Source: the human T2T-CHM13v2.0 reference genome, Homo sapiens
Assembly: GCF_009914755.1 (NCBI RefSeq)
Contig: NC_060936.1
Length of the DNA: 64,000 bases
Direction: 5' to 3' (one strand)
Made by a program: the position numbers and the translations under genes. This document shows positions 26,855-40,207 of the stretch, piece after piece (the stretch's first letter is position 1; the number at the start of each line of letters is the position of its first letter). The notes beneath the pieces were generated by a model. That model had not been told where the DNA came from. It searched no databases and saw only the letters and a program-made list of their open reading frames with translations.

Positions 26855-28035
26855 CCTCGTATCTGGCTATGACGGAGTAGCTAGAGTACAATTAACTCTC
26901 TTGCCAAAACAACTAAAAATTGGATAAATTTAAAAAGTGTATTGGTTTCATTGTGTTAGAGAGACAAACTTTAGAGTTCATAGTTACCAAGGTAGCAGGA
27001 TTTGAGGAACCACAAACCCAGGAAAAACGAGAACTCAGAGAAGTGAGCAAAATATTTTGCAAACAACTTATTGAGACATTTTCCAATTTCTAGGTGTGGC
27101 CAAGAAAAAGTAATTTTTATGTAGCTAAGACAGTATGTCTTACACTGCTGGGGAGATAAAGAATTAAGAGATTAAGGTCTGTAAAGTGCAAATTTTTGAT
27201 AATAGGGAAGACTTCACTGAGATCACCAGAAAGCTGCAATTTAGGATTAATGGCCTCAAATGGGTCCTGTTGAAGTGCCTATAATCTTATGCCTGCCAGA
27301 AGGAAGAAAATTAGATATTGTATTAGAAGTGATAATCATCCAGTGTCTCTACATTAAAACAACAAAAACCATAATGTCCTTCATTCAATACAATATTTCT
27401 AAGTATACCAGGGAATAGGATTTATTTACCAGAACCAAGTGGAAAAAATGAGAAATAGAATCAAATGTATAGGTGATCTTGAAACTAGATTTATCAGAAA
27501 GTGACTTTAAAATAACTAGAGTCAATATTTTCAATGAAATAAAGAATGGAGGCTATCATAGGTGATCTCGAATCTTCAAAAAATAATTAAATGGAATTCC
27601 TAGAACTGAAATATAATATATGAAATAAAGATCTATAGATGAGTTTGACACTCATCAAGACATCTGCAGCAGCAAATATTGGAAACAAATAGAGCAAGTA
27701 GGGAATATCTTGATGAAGCACTAAGAATTCAAAGGATAGAAAATACAGAAAAAAACAATAGAGAATTACAAGATATATACATACTTATAAATGAAGCCCT
27801 GGAATAAATAAAGAAAGATAATGGAATAGAATCAATATTTGAAGGAACACTGGCCAATAATTATTCAAGATGAGACAAAGCCATGAAACCACAGACTCAT
27901 GAAGTTCTATGAACCTCCAGCAGGGCATATGTATATAAAATACTATATATATGTATATGTGTGTTTGTACATATATGGACATCTTATTAAAGTACTTAAA
28001 AGTATTTTAAAAGTAAAAATAAAAGTCTTATTAAA
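26855..28035 (+). mobile_element. Old L1M 5' UTR + ORF1 fragment inserted in L2
   Basis: TCTGGCTATGACGGAGTAGCT...AAACAACTAAAAATTGGATAAA resembles the L1M 5' terminus; ORF1-like ATGGAATTCCTAGAACTGAAA. Confidence 0.6.
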
Positions 28036-28359
28036 ACATTTAAAAGTACATAAATGTGATTCCCTATCATCTTACTTTTTAATTTTATTTGTTTATTTAT
28101 TTTTGTTGTTCTCACAGAGCACTGCTTCCTGAAATCACCTTTACTTATTCTTTCACTGCCTTTTAGGTCAAAGGTCATGCTCCTAGATGACAAGGCTTTT
28201 AGTCTGCTTTTTAAACTGCTTAACCACACCAAATATATCAGTTTGGAGCATAGTAAGGGCTCATTTAACATTTTTTAGTGAGTAAATGTTGACTGCATAT
28301 AGCCTTTTTGAGAGCTGTAGAAATGCTCATTATTTTAATGACATACAATTTTTAAAGCT

Positions 28360-28510
28360 TTTTTCATCTACATTAATTTGATTTTGTAAGTGAGCAAAGC
28401 AGGTAATATTAGCTTCATTAAACCAATGGTAAATTTAAGGTTTAGTGGAGCTGGTGTTTGCCTGGAATCATATAGTTCATACATAGCAAGACCAGAATTG
28501 GATCTCCATA
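28360..28510 (-). mobile_element. MIR fragment
   Basis: GCAGGTAATATTAGCTTCATT...TTTGCCTGGAATCATATAG...AGACCAGAATT. Confidence 0.5.
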
Positions 28511-30603
28511 CTATATTGTACAAGTTAGAGCTTCACAGAAAGTAACAAAAATTCTAATATTTGATATAATATTCTCTCTCATGGTTACATGGCAATAAGC
28601 CTTAGGTTTAAAAAAACAACAACAAACAAACAAACAAAAACAGGGATAATTGCTGCTTGTTTTACTAGGTGCCAAGTTGATTCAAGAGCCAAGGGAAGAG
28701 TATATGTATGCTGGAGTATGGTGACCCCCACAGAAGAGATACAAAGGGATTTAATTTGAGGAAGTTAGAAATAAGCCACTGTCATTGTAATTTCACTCTT
28801 TTGGTCTAGCCTACATCTTTGAATAAACTCAAGTGGTTTGCTCAGGCTAAGCTAACCAGTTATGCTTTCTGGTTTACTTGAACAAAAAAAAAAATCTCTC
28901 TCTTAAAAGGAACTTAGAAGCTTCCAGTTGGATGTAATATGCCACTGCACAAGTGAAAATTAGGTTGCTATGGTAGATAAAAATTAGGCCAATATTTTCC
29001 ATTTATATCTTGTATAAAAATTAACTACTGTCAGAGGAGTTCTTTCTGGAGTTATAAAATTTCAGGTTATCATGAGACTTGGAATGCAACATTTTTTGAA
29101 GATATAAGATATTCAATAACTAATGGGATTGCCTAGAATGGTAGGTTAAACACTATGACTATTAAGGTAACATGCTACTTTTGACCCAGTGGAAAAAGAA
29201 CATTATTTCTGAAAACAATATCTCTTGGTCATAAAAATTAAATTCTTTCATTAGACACAAAGCCACTTGCAGTCATTAATATGTAATTAATATAAAATTT
29301 TATGAGATTTGAAGTCTGGAATTAATTACCTTTTTAATATTTGATATTGCCTTCATATTTTTTATTATAAATGTGTTATTGAAGCTTTTCCTCTAGGTAG
29401 AATACATATTTGGATTCTTGAATGTGATGCCACTTGAGTGAAAACATAACAAGTGTCATTGCCAAAATTAAAGTGCCAGAACGATGTTAAATTCATACAT
29501 TTTTTATAGAAATATAGGTACGAATGATGTCAAAGTCATTTGTTTTTTAACCAAAAAGGGGACTTAGGCTTAGATTTCATGATCTCACATTCTCCTCAAC
29601 ATAATTGGGATGTGATTCAGACTGCGATAAATGAGTATCAAAAAATGCACTTAATTGAGGAACAGAAACAGATTTAGAAATATATGGTTTAATTGATGTC
29701 CTGAGGACCTAGAACAGCTGGAGGCCTTACTTCATTATGCTACCTCTTCACATCAGGGGATAAGAGCATGAGAAGCTCTCTCTAGCTACAAAAACACCCA
29801 CAATATTCTTTCTTTATTTTACCCATAGTAATAATTTCCCAGTGATATACTCGGTGTTTGTGAATAATTATCTGCTTCTGAAAGAAGTGAGAATTCTTTG
29901 GAGAAGTGAGATTTTACAGTGTGCATGCTGAATTGCATCCCAAATTAAAAAGCACTGATGTGTCCTCTGAAGTGAAATTTCAGCCACCATGGGCAGTAAA
30001 TTCCCAAATCAACTGTAGATTAGTTTATCTTTATGTATGCTGATGTTCAAAGTAACATCATCTGGATTGACACATGGGATCAGAATGAGAACAAATAAGG
30101 AATCAGGCAAGGTGCTGCTACTCTCAATTAATAAGTGTGTAAAATCATTCGAGAAATAATTTAAAAATAATTCACACATAATAAATGTAGGCCTAGACAG
30201 AATACAAGCTGTCATTTTAAAGGACAATAAAGCCAATCCAGGTTCAAATATATTAGTAATTTGTACCTAAATCTATTGCCTTAGTCTCCCCATAATAACT
30301 TTAGAGTTTCAGTGGTTTTTCAATTAACTAGTCAAGAGAAACAGGAACATTTCAGTAATATCCCTAAGGACTTATCTGAAGCAAGAATTTAATAACAATA
30401 ATTGACTTGTTTATAAACGAGTTTTTATATCTGAAAGAAAAAACAAGTGGCATCCAATTAAATGCACAGGCCGAAATTTTGTTATAAAGTGAGATAACGG
30501 AGGGAATAGTTAGTGGATCCTTGTCCTTTATTCTATTAATATAAACTGCACAGTAATGGCAATAAAGCTATTCAATTATTGACCAACTAAAATTATTTTT
30601 AAA

Positions 30604-31377
<774 letters not shown>

Positions 31378-31819
31378 TAAGTTAAAAATTAACATGATAC
31401 ATAATTCACAAAAATCAAAACTGACCAAAGCCGGGCTTTGTATGCCTGCTCTTTCGAAAAGTGAAATTTGTGCAAATCCTTGAGATGAACAGGATGCCCT
31501 GATGTGTGCTAATCCACCATTCATTATTTTGGGACTTTAGATTGCCTCTTTTCTCCTTAAAAAAAGGCATTAGCAAAACAGAATAAAATTACACCAAATA
31601 TGGTAAAATGTTCCCCTGAGATGATTCTGTAAGGAGTTGTCATGGGTTATAGAATCATTTGATGATACAGTTTCCTAAATCATATACGTTAAAATAAAGA
31701 CAGTTGGATTAAAGAGCTATAAACACAAAAAGAATTTGAAGAATTTTTTAAAAAATAAATTACATATTTTTATGATATTAAAAAGGGAAAAAACACAAAG
31801 GATATAAGAACAGGTTTTG

Positions 31820-32149
<330 letters not shown>

Positions 32150-32545
32150 TTACATTTGACTACATCAAAGTTGAAAAAAATATGAAAATGTGCACCATGA
32201 ACTGATTTAAAAGTCAAACTGTAACCTGTCACCAGCTCTTTGCAATGCACATGACATATCAATTATGCATAACAGAACACAAACTCTGTTTCAGGGCATC
32301 ATTCATTTAAGCTTTTTGTTTAGGTAGCACATCTGGTTGGATACACAAAAAAAGAGATTGATTTGGTTCCTGATTTGCCTTAGATTTTTCTACTTCCAAA
32401 CTCTTGGAAATCTAATGATATGTAATGATTCCAGAGCTCTATCATGAAATGTTAGCATAATTTATTCTCTCTATTTTCATTTATAAATATTTCAAAACCT
32501 AAACACAGTGAAATTATTTGTTGCTAATATTCTCAAAATGTAGAG

Positions 32546-32710
32546 TGTTGGGGCTCAGAGAATGACAACCCAAAGTATGGTGCCTTGGCAAGCTGAACAA
32601 CCCTAGAACTTAAAGTATAATAATAAAAAAAAAAAAGAAAAAAATTACTAAGAAAATTGGAAGACCTTAGAAACTACCTCTGAACCAAAGACCTTTTAGC
32701 CTTCTCTTAT
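32546..32710 (+). mobile_element. MER34/MER39-family LTR 5' fragment
   Basis: TGTTGGGGCTCAGAGAATGACAACCCAAAGTATGGTGCCTTGGCAAGCTGA...ATTGGAAGACCTTAGAA. Confidence 0.7.
32600..32644 (+). mobile_element. Ultra-short young L1PA 3' terminus plus poly(A)
   Basis: ACCCTAGAACTTAAAGTATAATAATAAAAA is the terminal sequence of young primate L1PA elements. Confidence 0.8.
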
Positions 32711-32769
32711 GTGCAGAAAATGTATATTAAATAGAACTTAAATGAAGAACATTGTCTTTCCCTTTCTAT

Positions 32770-32925
32770 GTTAGCAAATCATTTCAAATTTCTAAGCTTA
32801 TTTTGTTCCTCATTTACATAAATGGAAAGATAAATACCTACCTCCCAAGATTGATTTACGTATTAAGATAATTTATGTAATAGCATTTAAGAAATTTCTT
32901 AACATACAGAAATAATTTAATGTAA
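32770..32925 (+). mobile_element. MIR
   Basis: TTCCTCATTTACATAAATGGAAAGATAAATACCTACCTCCCAAGATTG core. Confidence 0.65.
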
Positions 32926-33443
32926 ATCCCCCTTATTTTCTCTTGATCCTTTTTCATCTGTGAAAGTGATGTATGCTGTGAATTACTATGTTTCATTGCC
33001 TTTTAAAAGGCCTGGTTAAAAACAACAACAACATTGAATTTTCCAAATGATAAATTTATTGATAGTTTATTCTACTACATTGGAATTAAAATAAATGTAT
33101 AAAGGTCAACTTAGACACAATTTTAGCATTTTACAAAGTTTCAACTTTTATAATTTCAAACTTAACACTTTTTTTATGCGGGAAATTTGCCAAACACAGA
33201 AAATCTAAAAAGGAATTTGGGAATCATTGTAATCTTTCTTTTTTTAACTCATCCTTTTTATCCTCGTCTTAATTTTCCTTCACCTAAAAGGTGTATAAAC
33301 TCCTCTCTTCACACTATCCAATTTCATTTCTAAGAAATCAGCACGATCAATAGTTCAGAGGAGGTTCTTTTCAGACTTTTTAATAAAATACCACTTTGTG
33401 AGGTGCAGAAGAGTAGACATTCATTGAAGATGTGCTCTACCTA

Positions 33444-33880
33444 TGTGGTAGTCATCCCTCTATTTTTTTTTCTTTTTTTTCAGATCCACTCCCCACATTT
33501 ACCTCCTCAGCTTTTACCACTGTTGTAGGTGGCTTCCTTGCCCTCTGCCTTCCAAATAGGTTCTTTCATTGGAGGCATTAGCAGAAGTTAAGAAGCTGAA
33601 ACAAAAATAAGGTCAGACTACTTTCCTTCTGGGTTCCTGCACAATGGCTTTGTCAGGCTGCCCCAGCCATACAGCTATGTGTCTGGGTTCAGGCACTGCT
33701 CCATCCCCTTGTGTTTTCAAGCCTAGGGGTGTTAACAGATGTCTGTGGTGGTCACTGGCCTTCCGATATTGCACTATCCCTTCTCTTCTCTAAACCTCTG
33801 TAAATAGCTCTTTCATTAAAATCTTCTCAATTGTAAGTTTGAATTGCCCATCTCTTTGCACCTGGGTCTGGACAGATATA
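33444..33880 (+). mobile_element. LTR33-like ERVL solo LTR
   Basis: CAGATCCACTC, GCCTAGGGGTGTTAAC and TGTAAATAGCTCTTTCATTAAA; (A)CCTA flanks both ends. Confidence 0.8.
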
Positions 33881-33903
33881 CCTAAGTGAACAGTCATTTA
33901 ATC

Positions 33904-34219
<316 letters not shown>

Positions 34220-35119
34220 CTGCTATTCATTCTTAAATGAGTATCTGTTCATTAGAATGTAGTGTGCCAAGTGAGGAAATACTTTACATAGCTGTTTTTC
34301 ATAGGCTTTTGTGTTCTTAATGGAGAAAACCACCATGTACTTATTTTTAAAATATCAAATTTGGGTCTTCATTTTTTCTGGAAAAACAAAAGCAAAAAGA
34401 ATTAATATATACATCTATATCATATAAACAACATGTTTGTTTTCACATAGACATAGTTATACAACTAATTACAATACTTAGTACAAAAAAAAGAGAGGTT
34501 GATAGAAACAAACAGGTAAACAACAAAAAACCCTACACATTTTACTAATTTAATTTCGTCAAAAAAGCATTTTATGAAAAAGCATTTTGCCATATGATAA
34601 TTAATTACAAATACACTGTCATCTTCCCTGTAAGGTATTTCCCTCTACTTGGAGAGAGCTTGTAAAAAGACCTGAAGAATTGGGAATGGAAGATTTGTTT
34701 TGTTTGATTTGCAGATCTCTTTAGTCATTATATAAATTTCTATACAGTGAGTAGGAATCAATACTTTTCTTTAAAACATCTAAAGTAAAAAATTTAAATA
34801 AATCCATAAATGATATAGATGGGGCCTTACTCAAATGTCTATGAACATACTGTTGTTCATTTCTTACAGTTTCCATATTATTGGCTATTTTCCAATTGAT
34901 GTCATATTCCTTACTTGTGAGCCTGTATAAGGGAAGCTTTTTGAAGAGGTAGATTTCTTCAGACCCAAATTGTGGGATGTATGTATTTTACTGGCACTGT
35001 AGAGTCACCTGGGCATTTTTACCTGGAGCATGTGGACTTGCAATTCTTAACAAAGTGGCAGTCTGCCATGACCATATTCTTGAAAAGCATCAGAAATATA
35101 TTTTTCAATCATATTATGA

Positions 35120-35355
35120 TTTTATTTTTTAAAGCATGGTAATAATATTGTGGTTATGTTTATAGAGAAAATGAGATGATATCTGGGATTTGCCTCAAAA
35201 TAATGTAAAGAGTATATGAGTGGAGGAGGTATAAATAAAATAAGACTGCCTATGAGTTAGTAATTCTTGAAGTTGGATAATGGCTGCATGAGAGCTCATT
35301 ATAATCTAGTCTGGCTACCATTGTATGTGGAAGATTTTCCATAACAATAAAAATA
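35120..35355 (+). mobile_element. L1MC/L1ME 3' end
   Basis: GATATCTGGGATTTGCCTCAAAATAAT...TTTTCCATAACAATAAAA. Confidence 0.65.
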
Positions 35356-35359
35356 TATA

Positions 35360-35520
35360 TTGTGAACGTCTTTTAATGTCAATACATAGAAACCTGCCTC
35401 ATGCTCTTTAATTGCTTCATGGCCTTCCATATTTATTTAACGGATTCTCTTTTAGAGAACCTTTGTTTTCAAATATTCAATATTCTAAACAATACTGCAG
35501 GAAATATCCTTGTACAAATG
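35360..35520 (-). mobile_element. L1ME fragment
   Basis: CTTTAATTGCTTCATGG...AAACAATACTGCAGGAAATATCCTTGTACA. Confidence 0.5.
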
Positions 35521-36859
35521 TTGACATCAGCAATGTTTAGAAGCATCTTTTTATGTCTTTAAATTCTCATTAGAATCCACTTTTCTTCCTAATTACTATA
35601 ATTTTTATATAAAAATATGGAGGTTTCCATGGCCAATATATCTCATGGTTTGGGAATGCTTCATATTTGTATTGTGTCAGTATGACAATTGTGCGTTTGT
35701 GTCACAAAGCCTTGTGGGATAGTCTTCGTTGGTTCTGGTTTTATGCATGAGAATTTAGAGGTTGATGAGAACTGAAAAGACAAATTGGTTTATAATTTGT
35801 TGAGCTCTGAACTATATGTTCATAAGGCATATCAAAGTCTTCTTTCTCTTTTTTGTAGCTCTAGGGTCTCAGGCCATTCAGGATCTCTCCTGTCATGATA
35901 TGCAGAGATCACCCAAGAAAACTATCACCTCAATGAGAGGTCCAACTGTGTATCACTCATTAACTCCCATGTTGCTCTTACTACCATTCCTCGATGTCCA
36001 TATGTGATGGAAAGTACTTGTATTTTATTCAATTAAATAGTTATGTAAGAAATGTACCAACAACGTACACTTTAATTCTGTTTTTTTTTTTTTTTTTTAA
36101 GTCTTGAGGAAAGAAGTTGTAATGTGACTTATTTAGCAGGCTGAACAACATTAGCAGAGACTCATATTTGATTTTGCTTCTGTAAACTTGTAAATAAGCC
36201 CAGCATCTTTGTATGAAGAAACGTGAGCAAAAGTGGCAGCACAAATTGAAGACAAGTGCAAGAAAGGTCATCAGCAGGCATCCACATGAATTTTCCTAGT
36301 TCACATTAGAATATAGAATTAGGAGGGACCAACAATTAGGTCAGAATTACTTCCTCGGCGTATTTCTGTCTTGACTGTATTTATACAAGTACAATCATCA
36401 AAATATCTCAAGTCATTAGAATGTATTTCAGGAGTTTAGAATCTTGATGCATTTCAAAAGACCAGTGTCAGAATTAGAAACGTGAACAACAAAAGCATTG
36501 AGAAATAAGAGGGAAAGTACAGATTGAGGAGGCTCTGGGCAAATAGTAGGTAATCTGAGGGCTCGAAGGCACACAGAACTATTTAAAGACAAGAATGTCT
36601 GTATTTTGGTGAGGTAGGAGGGAGTGGCTGAAGACAAGCTAATGATTTTCAAATTATTCATGGAACCCTTTCTTCTCAGTGGACATAAGCACCATACTCA
36701 TCATTAACTAGGATGACATTGAGTTGTTAGGAACAACCTTGAATACAGATGCATTTGTAATATAATAATAACATGTAGGAGCCAGTACCTTAAACAACTG
36801 AAAATTCTGATAAATTAGTCAGCCCAGTGAAGGACATTCAGAATACAATGAAAGACAGA

Positions 36860-37095
36860 GTTTTTAGCATTAGCAGTAAAGGTTCTGTAGCCAGACTATG
36901 TACATAGATTCATATCCTATCTCTCCTCATTGTTAATTCTTGGTAAATTCCTGAATCTCTTTCTACTCTTTAGTTTCCATATAGATAAAATGAGGGCTAT
37001 AGTGCCTAACTCATGGGGTATTTATGAGGGTAAAATGTGGTAAGACATGGAATGAGCTCCATACAGATATACCATAAAGACAGTAAGTTATTCCT
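36860..37095 (+). mobile_element. MIR
   Basis: GGTTCTGTAGCCAGACT...TAGTTTCCATATAGATAAAATGAGG...CCTAACTCATGGGG. Confidence 0.7.
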
Positions 37096-37149
37096 GTTTT
37101 GACTGTTATAAAATTGTGGCACAACGCAGATCAACTAAAAGTCAATACA

Positions 37150-37680
37150 TTAAATTTACTGTCTTCAGTTCTTCAAATCCCTTTCACTCCAGTATCAATC
37201 AAAATCTGGTTTCCAGTTTTATGACACTTATTCTGTGTGACTAGCATTACTAATTACCTCCCAATTACTAAATCATATGATTCCTTATTAGATCACATTT
37301 TTATAAACAATGTCTCTCCTTTTTGAAATCTCACATGTCAAGACTTGAAGTTCTCTCTTGTCTCTATTAACAACCAAGCATTGCAATTCAATTCCACTTT
37401 ATATTCCAGTCCTTTACAAGGTTCGTAATTTACTGGTTCTGACTTGCCATTTTTCTACTTTTTACTCTCCTTATTTTTTCAGTGAGGTCTCTATAAAATT
37501 CAATGTTTCAACCACCCACACCTCTACCACATACAACCACATACACACCAAATAATTTTATTTCGATTGAGTTCCACAACTTATATCTCTAATAAACTAC
37601 TCAATGTATTCACATGGATGAGCCAGATGCAAAAGGAACTTGACATTTCTAAAGACTAAAATCATCTTTCCAAATGGGTA
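37150..37680 (+). mobile_element. L2 fragment, decayed
   Basis: AATCTGGTTTCC...TAATTACCTCCCAATTACTAAATC; TCACATGGATG...AACTTGACATTTCTAAAG. Confidence 0.5.
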
Positions 37681-37996
37681 CCAGCAATTCAACGGCAAAC
37701 TTGAATCCTTGGAGTACAAATGACTACATTCAATTAGGGTTGTTTTTGCAAGCAGGTAAATTTCAGACTGAATACTGAGAGGGTAATTGAAAAACTAAAG
37801 AAGCTATAAAAACCTATTGGAAATCTGTGATGATATTGAGAAAGGTCATATTTTAGTGGTTATTTTTAGTGCAGAACTAATGGGAGGATTGGATAGTACA
37901 TTTATATTATATGTATTATGTTGAAACATGATGTACATATGTATTTTAGTTAATTTTTTTTTGTATATGCAATGTGCTTTCAAAATTCACTGTGTA

Positions 37997-38283
37997 GATC
38001 AGGTGTGGTGGCTCATGCCTGTAATCCCAGCACTTCGAGAGGCTGAAGTGGAAGGAGTGCTTGAGCCCAGGAATTTGAGACCAGCCTGGGTAACACAGTG
38101 AGACCCCATCTCCACAAAAAATAAAAAATTTAGTCAGGCAAGGTAGTGCACACCTGTAGTCCCAGCTACTCAGGAGACTAAGGTGGAGAATTGCTTGTGC
38201 CCAGGAGGTGGAGGCTACAGAAGCTGTGATTATGCCACTGCACTGTAGCCTGGGCAACAGAGCCAGACCCTGTTTAAAAAAAA
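37997..38283 (+). mobile_element. AluJ
   Basis: GCTTGAGCCCAGGAATTTGAGACCAGCCTGGGTAACAC; AluJ-type right arm GCTGTGATTATGCCAC. Confidence 0.92.
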
Positions 38284-38294
38284 TCCCAAATTGT

Positions 38295-38450
38295 GCATAT
38301 TTACATATATATGTATATATGTTATTGTATATTATGCATATGTATATATTTATGTGTATTTATGTGTCAATATGTTATACATGTGTATGTATATATGTGT
38401 ATGTGTGAGTAATATATAATATATATAATCATGTATATATCTGTATCTAT
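38295..38450. repeat. TA/TG low-complexity tract
   Basis: Direct observation. Confidence 0.8.
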
Positions 38451-38975
38451 AAATAGATTTGTAAAAATGGTATCCAAGAGATCATAAATGTTTACTATAT
38501 GTTCTTCAAATAATTTATTTGGAATTTATCACAATTAATAGTAATAATAATATTACTAATATATTACTATAAAATTTAACAAAATATGAACGATATTCTG
38601 TGATAGGCCAAAAATTATTCATTAAAAAATACAGAAAACACATTATTGCACTGATATCGTAGTAGCTTCCTAATGCATATGTAAATTAACACTATAATCA
38701 TATAGCCAAAACAAAATAATTTATAATTCATGAAGAAAAATTCCATTGCCTTTACATGCTTAAATCAAAATGAGCTTATCAAAATTACTAGTTATCAAGT
38801 GTCTCAGATAAGTGAGGAAAAATTATTTCAAATGCATCCAATGGATTATGAGACATCCTAAATTTTAACATTCAAGAATTTTACATACTACATAACCCTG
38901 TCCCAATTTTTCAGTCCTAATTTTATCATTATAAACCACAATATAATTATGAATTGTCAAGGAAAAAAATAACAA

Positions 38976-39142
38976 TTACATTACCTATAATGTAATGTAA
39001 AGTTAATTGGAAAGCTTTTTGTACATTGTTTTGTACAATTGTTTTTGTACATTGGTTTTTGTACATTTTATACATTACATTGTAATGTATACATTTTGTA
39101 CATTTTATACATTACATTGTAATGTAAAGTTATACTGGAAAG
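38976..39142. repeat. Complex direct/inverted micro-repeat cluster
   Basis: Five TTTTGTACA copies, an exact 33-bp duplication (39057-39089 / 39094-39126), flanking repeats TGTAATGTAAAGTTA..TGGAAAG. Confidence 0.9.
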
Positions 39143-39960
39143 ATGTCAAAATCATTTAATGTGAATAAACAAAAAAATTAATAAAATAGATTACAAAATT
39201 ATTTTGAAACATAAAGAAGATAAATATAATGTACTTGCTTATTTGCATACAGTAAACATAATTTATTTATTATCTAAATTCAAATATAATGTGAGTCATA
39301 TTTAACTTCCAAGAAACTCTTGTGCATTTTCACAATGCAGGAAAAATTTCAGAGAAAAATACCCATCAGTTCACGAGCTTATGGCTAATCAATCTATTTA
39401 AGATGGAAGCAAATTCCTTGGCTCTTACTAGTCATAAATTGCCATAAGAGATCAAATATGAACGCATGAATATAACCCATGCTGAGGTAAAAAGTAACAA
39501 ATTAAACATTTTATGCAATAGAATAACTTTCACCTTGATATGAATTTCTGCATTTGTCATTTATAAATCTTTTCTGTAAATATTTCCAGTATTGGAAGGG
39601 ATATGTATGCCTTACATTCAAATTATAAATATGCTGATTAATATAAACATCATATTTTTCAAGAAAACCAGTGGGATGCATTCTTATTCAAAACTTTGAT
39701 TCATTTCAATCACAAATCATTATGTAACCCCTTGCTTTAATTGGAACAGATACGTATTAGATGCTATTCTTCTGTCATAGCCAAGGGATTATCATTTGTG
39801 TTAAGCCTTGCAACAGAAAGGAAGAATTTTTTTATTAGTTCTAAACCAATCAAATTGTGGTCAATCAATTAAATTAAAACTTAGCAAATATTTAGTGGCC
39901 ACCTGCCATATAGCAATCACTTTTAGGTGCTATATGTATTAAATATAAAAGTGAGACATA

Positions 39961-40207
39961 TACTTATACGTGGGAGCTAAATGATGAGAGCACATGAACA
40001 CAAAGGGGCCAACAGACATTGGGGCCTACTTGAGGTGGAGGGTGGGAGGAGGGAGAGAAACAGAAAAAATGACTATTGGGTACTAGACTTAGTACCTGGG
40101 TGATGAAATCATCTGTACAACAAACCCCTGTGACATTAGTTTACCTTTATACAAATTGCACATGTACCACTGAACCTAAAAGGTAAAAATAAAATAAAAA
40201 ATAAAAT
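39961..40207 (+). mobile_element. 5'-truncated L1PA (PA13-16 type) 3' end
   Basis: GGGAGCTAAATGATGAGAGCACATG...CTGAACCTAAAA plus A-rich tail; 14-bp TSD AAAAGTGAGA(C/T)ATA (39947-39960 / 40208-40221). Confidence 0.92.
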
